From positions 1,116,001-1,180,000 of the forward strand of contig JAPDFW010000081.1 in assembly GCA_028826165.1 (NCBI GenBank): a stretch of DNA of 64,000 nt, in the 5' to 3' direction. Positions 12,267-25,611 of this stretch are shown here, in pieces. Below the pieces are notes generated by a model. The model had not been told where the DNA came from and ran no database searches. It saw only the letters and a program-made list of their open reading frames with translations. Both the position numbers and the translations under genes were made by a program. The DNA comes from Anaeramoeba ignava BMAN (Eukaryota > Protista > Anaeramoebae). How positions within the stretch are numbered: the stretch's first letter is position 1; every line of letters starts with the position of its first letter.

Positions 12267-15231
12267 ATGGAAAAAGGAAATAATTTAGAAATAGAATTTC
12301 CAAAACAAATAATTCCACCAGATAGAAAAAAAACTTTTATAATACATCAATTTAAAAGATTAATTTTAGAAAATAAAGTAAAAGAATGTGAAAAACACAT
12401 TGAAAATTATTCAATAAGTCATCAATTAAAAGATGAAAAAGGAAATACACCAATGCATTGGATTGCAGAAAATAATCTTTATAATATTGCAGAAATGTTA
12501 ATCCAAAAGGGTTTTCCTGTTGATACTTTAAATGATGATCAATCTACTCCTTTACATTTAGCTTCTTCTAAGGATTATGTTGGAATTGTTAAATTATTAA
12601 TTGATAATGGTGCTGATCCTTCAACTGTACTTCTTCTTTATAATTAAAATTCATTTATAAAATTCATTTATAAAATTCATTTATAAAATTCATTTATAAA
12701 ATTAAAATTAAAATTAAAATTTAAAATTAAAATTAAAATTCAAAAATTAAAATTAAAATTAAAATTAAAATTAAAATTAAAATTAAAATTAAAAATTAAA
12801 ATTAAAATTAAAATTAAAATTAAAATTAAAATTAAAATTAAAAATTCATTTATAAAATTATAATTAAAATTAATATTAAAATTAAAATTAAAATTAAAAT
12901 TCAAAAATTAAAATTAAAATTAAAATTAAAATTAAAATTAAAATTAAAATTAAAATTAAAATTAAAATTAAAAATAAAATTAAAATTAAAAATCAAAATT
13001 AAATTAAAATTAAAATTAAAATTCATTTATAAAATTAAAATTCATTTATAAAATTAAAATTAAAATTAAAATTAAAATTAATATTAAAATTCATTTATGA
13101 AATTAAAATTAAAATTAAAATTCAAATTAAAATTAAAATTAAAATTAAAATTAAAATTATATTTAAAATTCATTTATGAAATTATTTGAAATTAAGCCTG
13201 ATGATATTAAAAGTCATGCAATTCATGTAGCATGCCAATGTAATGCATATCTTACAGTTCAATATCTTATTACAGAAGCAAATATATCAGTAGATAGTCC
13301 TGATGATGACAATAAACAAGCACCATTACATTGGGCATCCTATCGTGGAAATATTCATATTCAAACACTCCTTTTAAATCATGGAGCAAATGTAAATATT
13401 CAAGATTCCAATTTAGAAACACCACTTCACCTTGCTTGCTCACAAGGATTTATAGATTCTGCTGCAATTCTTCTTAATTCTGGAGCAGATAGCTCACTCA
13501 AAAATTCTTTTGAAGAAACACCTTTTGAAACTGCAATTCAAACTAATCAAACTTCAGTTGCCAATTTTTTACAATCAAAAATATCCAAAAATCAAGCATC
13601 TCCACTTTATATCCCAATTAATCAAAGAATTCGCGTCTTTTTCTTTATTCCTATATTAACTTTGTTCATCTGCTATTTGATATTTTCTATTTTTAGTTTG
13701 GCTGTCTCTTTTTCTTTAATCTTTATAGTCACATATATTGTTGGATTCAATATCCAAAGGTTGTGGAAAGTTCAAGGAGAATTAAATCCCCCAAGAGATC
13801 CTATTCGTTTTGGTTATTTTATGGGCATTTTATTGCATTTATACATTTCTTATTATTTATATTTCATTTTCATTTCTTTCAAATTTACAATTTTCTCAAG
13901 TTTACTTTTTATTATTTTCTCAGCTATTCTTCCTTTGTCAGTTTACAAACTATTTAAATCCGATCCAGGTTATCTTGAACAAAATAAAATGACACTTTCT
14001 GTATCTATTTCAAATTTATTTCAAATTTATATTTCAAATTTATATTTCAAATTTATATTTCAAATTTATATTTCAAATTTATATTTCAAATTTATTTCAA
14101 ATTTATATTTCAAATTTATATTTCAAATTTATATTTCAAATTTATATTTCAAATTTATATTTCAAATTTATATTTCAAATTTATATTTCAAATTTATATT
14201 TCAAATTTATTTCAAATTTATTTAAAATTTATATTTCAAATTTATATTTCAAATTTATTTCAAATTTATATTTCAAATTTATATTTCAAATTTATATTTC
14301 AAATTTATTTAAAATTTATATTTCAAATTTATATTTCAAATTTATATTTCAAATTCATTTAAAATTTATATTTCAAATTTATATTCCAAATTTATTTCAA
14401 ATTTATTTCAAATTTATTTTTCAAATTTATATTTCAAATTTATTTTTCAAATTTATATTTCAAATTTATATTTAAAATTTATATTTCAAATTTATTTTTC
14501 AAATTTATATTTCAAATTTATTTTTCAAATTTATATTTCAAATTTATATTTCAAATTTATATCAAATTTATATTTCAAATTCATTTAAAATTTATATTCC
14601 AAATTTATTTTTTATTAAAAAAAAGGATGCTTTAAAAATCAAAAAATCTCTCACTCAAAAAGATTATTGTTATACTTGCAAAGTTTTAAAACCTTTAAGA
14701 TCAAAACATGATCTTTTCACACAAAAATGTGTTGCAAGATATAATAGTTATTTCGGTTGGTGTTATCAACCAATTGGCTTTAAAAATCAAATTCATTATC
14801 TCATTCTTTTATTCTTAACTTTTATGACAATTCTTCTTTATAATTTTATTATATTCACTTTTATTCATCAAAAATATAATTTCGAAAAAAATGGAACATT
14901 CCACTTTTTCAATTTTGAATCCTATTTTAATTTAATCAAATCTGCTTATCAATTCCATTCTTGGATTCTTGCAATTTCTTTAGGATCATTATTTATTGGT
15001 TTTTGGATTTTTTATTTATTTTTTCAATCACTATTTTTTGCTGCTCTTAATGTAACTCAAGATGAATTTTATTCTATTAATAAAGATTCTTATTTGATTA
15101 AAAATGGTTCTTTTTCAAATCCTTTCTCTCTTGGTTGGAAAAAAAATTTACTTCAATTTTTTGGTTGGAAATTTAATGTTGATTGGAATAATATTTTTGA
15201 TTTACCAAATTCTCAAAATATAAAGAATTAA
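12267..15231 (+). CDS. Ankyrin-repeat DHHC-family (Akr1/ZDHHC17-like) membrane protein with degenerate active site, about 589 aa
   Basis: Exons 12267-12626, 13197-14000, 14626-15231 (all phase 0). Ankyrin repeats (TPMHW, TPLHLA, APLHWA), TM helices, DPG, CYTCKVLKPLRSKH, TQDE (TTxE-like) and NPFSLGWKKNLLQFFG. The DHHC position reads NSYF. Confidence 0.85.
12645..13180. repeat. Intronic (AAAATT)n satellite with interspersed ATTCATTTATAAA units
   Basis: Fills intron 1 of the ankyrin-DHHC gene. Confidence 0.9.
14005..14610. repeat. Intronic ~13-bp minisatellite (TTTCAAATTTATA)
   Basis: Fills intron 2 of the ankyrin-DHHC gene. Explains the ISNLYFKFIFQIY tail of track ORF 13176-14225. Confidence 0.9.
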
Positions 15232-15314
15232 AATTTTTTTTTTTAAAAAAACCAATTTAAAAATAATAAAAGTTTTTCTTTTATTTTTCTTTTTCTTTTT
15301 CTTTTAAATTTGAT

Positions 15315-15904
15315 TTATTTTTTTTCTGGTTTTAAATTATTTTGATTTTCTGGCATTTTGCAATGTTTTTTCCAAAAAGGTTTTGGATTTTCTAAAAAAA
15401 AAAATATATATAAAAAAGAAACGAAAAAGAATAAATTGAAATTTTTTTTTTTGATTAAAATTTTTTTTACCTATAAAATCTTTAATTATTTTTGATGTTT
15501 CAAAATTTTGTTTTCTTATACAAACTTCTTCTGGAGTTTCTTCCTAATTTTGAATTTTAAAATTAATTTATCATATTTTTCATTTTCAAAAGGAAAAAAA
15601 AAATTTACAGAAATCTAAAAAAGAAAACAAAAATTATTTTAATTTAAAATCATTTTCCTTTTTTTGAATTGTTTTTTTTTTTACATTTTTTGAATTATAA
15701 TTTGCTCCTGCGCATAAAAGAAGTTCAATAATTTCTAAATTTGCTGAATTTTCACAAGCAACATGAAGAGCTGAATAAGGCTAAAATTTACAAAATTAAA
15801 AGGAAGAAATAAAATCATTTAAAAATTTAAAATTAAATTTGTAATTTGAATCATTTTAAATTTACAATCTTTTTTCAAAACAATTCAATTTTTTAAAAAT
15901 AAAA

Positions 15905-15937
<33 letters not shown>

Positions 15938-18096
15938 ACATTTGGATCAGCTCTTGATGAAAGAAGAATTTTAACAACCATTGGATTACAATTATTTTTG
16001 CAAGCTAAATATAAAGGTGTAAATCCCTTATTTCCAAAAAAAAACAAAAGAAAAAAATTTAACTTTTTATCCTATTCTTTTTTTTTAAATTAAAAAAAAA
16101 TATTTACACTCTAAAAAAAATAAATATTTAGAAATCAAAAATATCTCAAAAAAAAAAAGAATAATACAATCTATTAAATAATTTTAATATAATTTAATTT
16201 AAATTAATTTAATATTTAATTTAAATTTACTGATTGAGCATTAACATCTGCTCCTGAAATTAATAGTAATGTTATAATATCTAAATTTAAATTTTCTTTA
16301 CAAGCGTAATGAAGAGGAGTAAAACCCTTTTAAAATAAAAAAGATAAATAAATTTAAATCAAATAAAATCTTGATATTTTTGAATAATCAATTTCTCACT
16401 TCCTAAAATTAATTTAATTTTAATTATTCAAATTAAATTTTAATTTTAATTTTAAATTACAATCTAAATCCAAAAAAAAAATTGTTTTGTTTTGTAAATA
16501 ATCTTCTTCTATTTGGATGTTTTTAAAATAATTTTACTCCCTTTTTTAAAAAAAAATAAATGAAAAGGTTAGTTAGTTAGTTATTTAATTATTTTAATTT
16601 TTCTTTTGGAAGAATTCTATAAAATTATTAAAAATACAGCTGGGATATTGACATCAGCACCAGCAGCAATTAATAATCGAATAATATTTGATTCTGCTTT
16701 ATTTATACAAGCAATATGAAGAGATGTCCATTTCTAATATAAGTATTAAATATTGAATTTAATTACTCAAATAAAATGTAATGATAATTTTGTTTTTAAA
16801 TCAAACTTCCTAAAAATATAAATTTAATAAGATTTATTTCAATAAAAACTAAAACAAAACATACAGACTTTTTTTTTGGAAGAATTAAAATTAATCTTAT
16901 ATTTCGAATATCAAATTTTTTAATAAATACATTTCTTTCATTAGGATTTGCACCTGAAGCTAATAAAATGCGAATCACATCTTCATCAGCTTGATGTTTA
17001 CACGCTAAATGAAGAGGAGTTTCATCCTAATAATAAGAATAGTTATTATAATTATTTACTCCAAAAATTAATTAATTAATTTGATACCCACTATTTTAAA
17101 TGAATATATCAACATTTTTATTTTATTAACTCAAAAATAAATACAATAAATAATTCAAAAACTTTTTTACAGGCTTTTCAATTCAATAATAATAATAATA
17201 ACTTTGATAATAAGTAAAAAAAAACTTTATAAAAATTACAAACTAAAAAAACGAATTATTTTTTTTAATTACATTTTGAATCAAAAAAAAGAAATTTTGA
17301 TTCAAACAGCCTTTTCATGAACATTTGCACCATAAATAACTAAAGCACGAATTATATCAGGAATTGTTCCAGTTCTACAAGCAATATGTAGTGCTGTTTC
17401 ATTCCACTAAAAATAAATAATAAGCAATTTGAATAAATGTTTTTTTTTCTTTGAAATTGAAAGAAAAAAAATTCATTTAAATTTTACATTCTAAATTAAA
17501 GAATAAAACAAAAGATATAATTTAATAAATAATGATAAATTATAAAATAGTAAAAAAACAAAAATACAGTTTTTGCATTTATATCATAATCTTCTTGTGA
17601 TAATAAAGATAAAAGTGAATTATAATCAGAACTTTTTCTGCAAGCTAGATGAATATGTGTAATTGCAAGCTTATTATTTATAAATAATTATAATTAAAAT
17701 TAAAATTTTTAAATGATTAATTTCATTCAAAAAATAATTTACAGTCTAATTTATTTAAAAACAATTTTTTTAATTTTTATTTTTTTATTTAATTTTTTTA
17801 GATTAATTTTTTACTGGAGTTCTTCGAAATTTTGCTGATTTTACTTGTTTTTGTGATGGATTTGTTTTTGTTTTTGATTTTGGTTTTGGTTTTGGTTTCA
17901 ATATCTTTATCAAAAATAATTTTTAATTTTTAATTTATTTTTTTTTATTTTTTATTTTTTATTATTTTTTTACAATTTTTGGTTCATAATTTTGTGGATT
18001 TGATTTTGTTTTTGAATTTGATTTTGTTTTTGGATTTGATTTTTCTTCAGTTTGATTTTCAGTTTGAGTTTCTTTTCTTTTTTGTTGATTTGACAT
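15315..18096 (-). CDS. Ankyrin-repeat protein (7 full + 1 partial repeat, about 359 aa) encoded by 25 exons, 14 of them micro-exons
   Basis: Large exons: 18096-17974, 17904-17815, 17669-17568, 17406-17308, 17026-16931, 16733-16638, 16326-16231, 16026-15940, 15780-15685, 15543-15471, 15391-15315. 3-nt exons: 17745-43 T, 17490-88 N, 17242-40 F, 17173-71 P, 17090-88 W, 16867-65 S, 16809-07 E, 16540-38 G, 16463-61 I, 16402-00 E, 16170-68 I, 16110-08 S, 15868-66 I. 6-nt exon 15614-09 IS. All 24 introns are GT-AG and 55-97 nt. The spliced CDS is 1080 nt and open. Repeats include ETALHIAC, ETPLHLAC, WTSLHIAC, FTPLHYAC. Confidence 0.8.
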
Positions 18097-18213
18097 ATTT
18101 GAATAAAAAAAAAATGAAAAAAAAAAATAAAAAAAAAATTTTCATTTTTCTCCTTTTTTTTTTCTTAATTTTTTTTCATTTTGATTAATTAAAATTTATT
18201 TTAAAAGAAAGAA
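18097..18213. promoter_or_regulatory. 117-bp bidirectional promoter region with TCATTTT initiator-like motifs on both strands
   Basis: Divergent ATGs at 18096 (-) and 18214 (+). AAAATGA near 18111 and TCATTTT near 18142 and 18176. Confidence 0.5.
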
Positions 18214-21200
18214 ATGTTTTTGAATAATATTTCAGCAGCAACACCAATAACACAAAGACCAGGTTTTTAAAAAAAAAAAATAACAAAAAAATAAACAAAA
18301 TAAAAAAAAAAGCAAAATAATTTTTTCAATTAATTTGAATTAATTTGATTTAATTGAAAAAATTTTAATTAAAAAGATACTGGCGTTTTATTAAATTTTC
18401 CACATGAAATAAGACGTAACCTAATCAGTTTAGTCAATAGTATTTTGGTTGATAAACAAAATTCAATTAGAATATTGACAAGTACTTTTCATATCAAATG
18501 GGCAAATGAGGTTATTGGTCAAGCTTTTGCTCTTCCTATTGAAGAGTATCGTTCTATTGAACAATCAATTGAAATTTATCATCGTTGGTTATTAGGTGTT
18601 GATATTCCTGCTCCTTTTGATGAAGAATTGAATTTTTTTTACAGAGTAAGTTGAAATAATTTTATAAATAAATTTATAAATAATTTTATAAATAATTTAA
18701 TAAATAATTTTATAAATAAATTAATAAATAATTTTATAAATAAATTAATAAATAATTTTATAAATAATTTTATAATTAATTTTATAAATAATTTTATAAT
18801 TAATTTTATAAATAATTTTATAATTAATTTAATAAATAATTTTATAAATAATTTAATAAATAATTTTATAAATAAATTAATAAATAATTTAATAAATAAT
18901 TTTATAAATAAATTAATAAATAATTTAATAAATAATTTTATAAATAAATTAATAAATAATTTTATAAATAAATTAATAAATAATTTTATAAATAAATTAA
19001 TAAATAATTTTATAAATAATTTAATAAATAATTTAATAAATAATTTTATAAATAATTTTATAAATAAATTAATAAATAAATTAATAAATAATTTTATAAA
19101 TAATTTTATAAATAAATTAATAAATAATTTTATAAATAATTTTATAAATAATTTTATAAATAAATTAATAAATAATTTAATAAATAATTTAATAAATAAT
19201 TTTATGAATAAATTAATAAATAATTTTATAAATAATTTTATAAATAATTTTATATTTAATTTTATAAATAATTTAATAAATAATTTTATTTAAGAATTTT
19301 ATAAATAATTTTATAAATAATTTTATATTTAATTTTTATTTAATTTTATAAATAATTTTATAAATAATTTTATAAATAATTTTATAAGTAATTTTATATT
19401 TAATTTTATAAATAATTTTATATTTAATTTTATAAATAAATTAATAAATAATTTTATAAATAAATTAATAAATAATTTTATAAATAAATTAATAAATAAA
19501 TTAATAAATAATTTTATAAATAATTTTATAAATAATTTTATAAATAATTTTATAAATAAATTAATAATTAAATTTATAAGTAATTTTATAAGTAATTTTA
19601 TAAATAATTTTATAAATAATTTTATATTTAATTTTATAAATAATTTTATAATTAATTTTATAAATAATTTTATAAATAGATTTATAAATAATTTTATATT
19701 TAATTTTATATTTAATTTTATATTTAATTTTATATTTAATTTTATAAATAATTTTAGGATATTTTTGCACACATGTCTTTGATTTTTCAACCTAGAAAAG
19801 TTGTTACACAAGAAATTTTAACAAAACATATCCAATTATGCAAAAACGTTATAAATATTTATCAAGAAGTAGCACTTGAAAGATCACAAAATTTTTCAAC
19901 AGAAACATGGGAATATTTACTCAACACATTAATTGGAATTTCAGATTCTTTAGTATCAAATGAATCCAATTTAACGAATGAACTATTTTCTTATTTGATT
20001 AGAGTAAAAAAAAACAAATAATTTTTAATTGATTTATTATTTAATTTATAATTTGATTTATTATTTGATTTATTATTTGATTTATTATTTGATTTATTAT
20101 TTGGTTTATTATTTGATTTATTAATTGATTTATTAATTGATTTATTATTTAATTTATAATTTGATTTATTATTTGATTTATTATTTGATTTATTATTTAA
20201 TTTATTATTTGATTTATTATTTAATTTATTATTTGATTTATTATTTGATTTATTATTTGATTTATAATTTGATTTATTATTTAATTTATTAATTGATTTA
20301 TTAATTGATTTATTATTTAATTTATAATTTGATTTATTATTTGATTTATAATTTGATTTATAATTTGATTTATTAATTGATTTATTATTTGATTTATAAT
20401 TTGATTTATTATTTGATTTATAATTTGATTTATTATTTGATTTATTATTTGATTTATTATTTGATTTATAATTTGATTTATAATTTGATTTATTATTTAA
20501 TTTATAATTTGATTTATTATTTAATTTATAATTTGATTTATTATTTAATTTATAATTTGATTTATAATTTGATTTATAATTTGATTTATAATTTGATTTA
20601 TTATTTGTGAAGTTGTTATATGATGTTTGGTTAAGATCTTCAACTAAAAACTTAGAAATGTGGGAAAGACTTCGAAAATCTTCAATTTCATGGAGACTTA
20701 AAACTGAAACTATAACACAATGGATTGCAACAATATTTGGATTAACTAATAAAGTTATTAATATCTTATATGGTCCAACAGAAGGAAATAATTTACTTGT
20801 GATTGATTTGTAATTATTTTTTATTAATTTTATTTGATTTTTGTTTTATTTAAATTAATTTATTTTTTATTTATTTTAGACCAAAAATTAAAAGCATTGG
20901 AGTTGATCCAAAACCAATTGAAATTTCTCATGAACAAATTATCTTTTCTTGGAATAGATTTCTTCGTATTTATTTTAAATATTTATTTAATATTTATTTT
21001 AAATATTTATTTAATATTTATTTTAAATATTTATTTAATATTTATTTTAAATATTTATTTAATATTTATTTTAAATATTTATTTAATATTTATTTTAAAT
21101 ATTTATTTAATATTTATTTTAAATATTTATTTAATATTTATTTTAAATATTTATTTAATATTTATTTTAAATATTTATTTAATATTTATTTTTAATATTT

Positions 21201-24200
21201 ATTTAATATTTATTTTTAATATTTATTTAATATTTTATATTTATTTTCAAAAAATAGAAATGATCGGAAATCCAAATGAAATTACAATGCAATCTTTATT
21301 TTGGGATTCAATGATGGGTATTCAAAAATGTATAAAAGCACTTCTCGATGTTGGTAGTAAATATGATCCAAAAACAACAAGTGAAGTTATAGTTGATCAT
21401 CCTGATGGAAATTCAATCTTGAGAGTTTTTGGAAATTGGCTATTTGAAGCAATTTCAATGACAGATTTATCTTTTTCAGATGGAATTTCAGTTGCTTATA
21501 GCAGTTTATGTCAAATTTTTACTTCTCATCAAAAAAATCCATTAGAAGATGTTTATTTGAGTAAATTTTATGAAGGAATTATTAGAATTTTCTCAAATCC
21601 AAATAGTTTTGGTAAACAAATTTGTGCTACTATTGCGAATTCAGAAAAAATATTCTCTTGTGGACTTAGAGGTGTTCATATTTTAATTCCTTTTTACTTA
21701 TTTGTTCTGAAAAAGATTATTCCGAATGTAGATAAAAATTAATTTCAAAATAATTTAATTCAAAATATTTCAAAATAATTTATAAAAAATATTTCAAAAT
21801 AATTTAATTTAAAATATTTCAAAATAATTTAATTCAAAATATTTCAAAATAATTTAATTTAAAATATTTCAAAATAATTTATATAAAATATTTTTTATAA
21901 ATTAATTTAAAATAATTTAATTCAAAAATATTTCAAAATAATTTAATTTAAAATATTATTGATTTTATTAGAGATCCGTTTCATTTACAACAAATATACC
22001 TCTTAATATGTTACGTAGATCATCTATTACAATTTTATCAAGTCTTATTAGTTCACCACATTATTTTGAAAAAACTCAAATTATTTCAATTGATTCAAAA
22101 GTTCTTGATACTTCATTTAAAGATTTCCAAAGTATTTCAGGGATTTTCCAAAACATATTAGTCTCAGGGTTTATGAATGAACAAGATCCTATAAATGCAC
22201 AAATGATATTATGGTTGATGTCTTCTCATCTTCATGAAGATATTTCCGATATTTCATCTTTGCCATCACTTTATATTTCAACAATTCAAGATTTTATCAC
22301 TAATCCAAATGAAGTTCAAAATTCTTGGCCAATTTCTTGCTTTTTAGTCGCTTGTGATGTTCTTCATTCCATGGTTTATTTGTTCAACCAAATGAATAAA
22401 ATTTCTCCAGTAATTTTTCTATTTAAATTTAAAAATATTTAAATTCAAAAATAATTAAATTCAATAATATTTAAATTCAAAAATAATATTTAAATTCAAA
22501 AATAATAATTAAATTCAAAAATATTTAAATTCAAAAATATTTAAATTTAAAAATATATTTAAATTCAAAAAATATTTAAATTTAAAAAATATTTAAATTC
22601 AAAAATAATATTTAAATTCAAAAATAATATTTAAATTCAAAAATATTTAAATTCATAAAAATATTTAAATTCAAAAATAATATTTAAATTCAAAAATATT
22701 TAAATTCAAAAATATTTAAATTCAAAAATAATATTTAAATTCAAAAATAATAATTAAATTCAAAAAAAATATTTAAATTCAAAAATATTTAAATTCAAAA
22801 ATATTTAAATTCAAAAATATTTAAATTCAAAAATATTTAAATTCAAAAATAATATTTAAATCCAAAAATAATATTTAAATTCAAAAATATTTAAGAAAAT
22901 TGTGATGGATTTAGTAGCAAAACTTTCAGCATATATTACTAATTTGATTAATCAACCAGGAAACACACCACAAGAAGTTATTAATACGAAAATATCACGA
23001 CTTTACGAAGTGATATCAGATTATATAACCAAATCACAATGGATTTATGAATCACCAATGGCTTTATCTGATTTAATAACTTCTTTTGAAGCAGCACTTC
23101 AGATGCCACAAGCCAAATCCAAGCCAGGCATTTCGCAACAAGTACAAGACTTTGCATTTATTGCTTTTATGAATCTTTATCGCCAAGTTGGGAATTTCCC
23201 ATTACCTTTGGGTCCTTCTACAAAATGCTCTTTAATTACTGAAAAACAAATTATGAATAAGTTTAAATTTTCTGAATCTGAATTATTACAAAGAACTCGT
23301 CATTTTGTTCATGAAAATCAACGTATTTTAACTTTTATTGAGGGAATTCCAGAAAAAGAATCTGAAGGTATTTTTCCTTTTAATTTTTAATTTTTTCATT
23401 TAAATTTCAAAATTTAAAAACATTTTTTTAGAATCACCTGTTTTTATAATAATTAGAGATTTAACAGGAAGAAATTCATGGAAAGGAAAGTTTTGGATTT
23501 TACCTTTAAGTTTTATCAAACCAGGTAAAATTAAAATTAAAATAAAATTAAAATTCATTTATAAAATTAAAATTAAAATTAAAATTAAAATTAAAATTAA
23601 AATTAAAATTAAAATTAAAATTAAAATTAAAATTAAAATTAAAATTAAAATTAAAATTAAAATTAAAATTAAAATTAAAATTAAAATTAAAATTAAAATT
23701 TAAATTAAAATTTAAAATTAAAATTAAAATTTAAAAAAGATGAAAAATCTATTAAAAAGCATATTTGGGAAGGAGAAGTTATATCACCAGTTTATCCAAG
23801 AGCAATCAAAATGACGGAATACAAACAACAAGAAATGGATCTTCGATATAATTTAGTTCCATTATATAACTTTTTATCATCACCAATGGAAGTTAGATAT
23901 CATTATACATTTGCATTTGTGGAAAATCAAAATCGAGTTGAAGAAGTTTATCGATTTATTGAAGAATCAAGTGCAGTAAAATTATTCCAGAAAAGAACTT
24001 CAAGACCAAATCATACTGATAAAAAATGGCAATTTAATATGGCTCGTTTGTTACTTTCAAATTTTGGATATACTCATCCTGATTGGTTGCAATCTCTTGA
24101 TTCTATTCCTTCTTCTTTGGCAATTTTAAATGAATTAAAGAATATTGATCAACTTCCTAAGTAAAATTAAAATTCAATTATAAAATTAAAATTCAATTAT

Positions 24201-25611
24201 AAAATTAAAATTCATTTATAAAATTAAAATTAAAATTAAAATTAAAATTAAAATTAAAATTAAAATTCATTTATAAAATTAAATTTAAAATCAAAATTAA
24301 AATTAAAATTAAAATTAAAATTAAAATCAAAATTAAAATTAAAATTAAAATTAAAATTAAAATTAAAATTAAAATTAAAATTAAAATTAAAATTAAAATT
24401 AAAATTAAAATTAAAATTAAAATTAAAATTAAAATTAAAATTAAAATTAAAATTAAAATTAAAATTCATTTATAAAATTAAAATTAAAATTAAAATTAAA
24501 ATTAAAATTAAAATTAAAATTAAAATTAAAATTAAAATTAAAATTAAAATTCAAATTATATTTAAAATCAAAATTAAAATTAAAATTCATTTATAAAATT
24601 AAAATTAAAATTAAAATTAAAATTAAAATTAAAATTATAATTAAAATTAAAATTCATTTATAAAATTAAAAATAAAATTAAAATTAAAATTATAATCAAA
24701 ATTAAATTTAAAATTCAAATTAAAATTAAAATTAAAATTCATTTATAAAATTAAAATTAAAATTATAATTAAAATTAATATTAAAATTCATTTATAAAAT
24801 TAAAATTAATATTAAAATTAAAATTAATATTAAAAATTAAAATTAAAATTAAAATTAAAATTAAAATTAAAATTAAAATTAAAATTAAAATTAAAATCAA
24901 AAATTAAAATTATTAAAATTAAAATTAATTTATAAAATTAGTCGATATCAAACAACAATTGGAGTAATGTATCTTTATCCAGGACAAAACAGATTAACTG
25001 ATAACTCTCATGCATTTATGAATTCTAACGGAAGTTCAGAATTTGAGAAATTTATACTTGAACTTGGATGGGCAGTTTCATTAGACAAACATCAAGGATT
25101 CAAAGGATTATTAACAAGTGAATTAGTAAGCAATGGAATCTATTATTCGAGCTTTTTAGACGAAGTGATTTTCCATTTACCATCAGCATTGACAACAGAA
25201 GAATCAAGAAAAGCTATTATTCAAAATGATAGCGTTATTATAGTTTGGTGTGATGATCCTCGACCTTTTGTTCCTGATTTGATTCGCACTCCAAAGAATC
25301 AAGTTTTCATTGTGATTCGTCCATTTTTCACATCTTTATATTCCATCCAGATTTTCAACTATTCAACTCATGATATTATTTGTGGTCCGTTATTGAATAA
25401 TTCAATTGTTGCTCGTCCACTTCTTGCACACTTTGTTAGATTAACTGCTTTGAATTATTCAAAAGAACTCGCGTTCCAAAATGATTCTCTTCCAAATCCT
25501 TCTGTGATTCGTAAAAATCATATCCAAAAGTTTATTGAAGGAAGCAAACTTGATTATCCTTCTTATGATCTTTATCATTCATTTTTCATTTCTAAAGAAG
25601 GAAAAAAATAA
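18214..25611 (+). CDS. RALGAPB: Ral GTPase-activating protein beta-subunit-like (C-terminal Rap/Ran-GAP fold), 11 exons
   Basis: Exons 18214-18262, 18377-18645, 19758-20003, 20613-20809, 20880-20965, 21258-21727, 21972-22409, 22896-23367, 23432-23524, 23740-24160, 24942-25611, phases consistent. Family-like blocks KWANEVIGQAFALP, WNRFLQMIGNP, PDGNSILRVFGNWLFEA, IIRDLTGRNSW, FILELGWAV, EVIFHLPS. Confidence 0.8.
18655..19755. repeat. Intronic 12-bp minisatellite (AAATAATTTTAT)
   Basis: Fills RalGAP-beta intron 2. Confidence 0.9.
20025..20605. repeat. Intronic 12-bp minisatellite (TTGATTTATTAT)
   Basis: Fills RalGAP-beta intron 3. Confidence 0.9.
20968..21245. repeat. Intronic 24-bp minisatellite (ATTTATTTTAAATATTTATTTAAT)
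   Basis: Fills RalGAP-beta intron 5. Gives the spurious IFILNIYL repeat in track ORF 20834-21742. Confidence 0.9.
22425..22890. repeat. Intronic ~16-19-bp minisatellite (AATATTTAAATTCAAAA)
   Basis: Fills RalGAP-beta intron 7. Confidence 0.9.
24165..24935. repeat. Intronic (AAAATT)n satellite
   Basis: Fills the last RalGAP-beta intron. A similar block lies at 23527-23730. Confidence 0.9.

Noticed and set aside
14001-14010. GTATCTATTT donor as a possible U12-type intron
   Set aside because: It does not match GTATCCTT, and no TCCTTAAC branch site precedes the acceptor. No AT-AC introns were needed in any model.
17055-17062. Extra GTAAAT donor-like site in an ankyrin-gene intron
   Set aside because: No suitably placed upstream AG defines an exon, and the resulting intron would be only about 33 nt.
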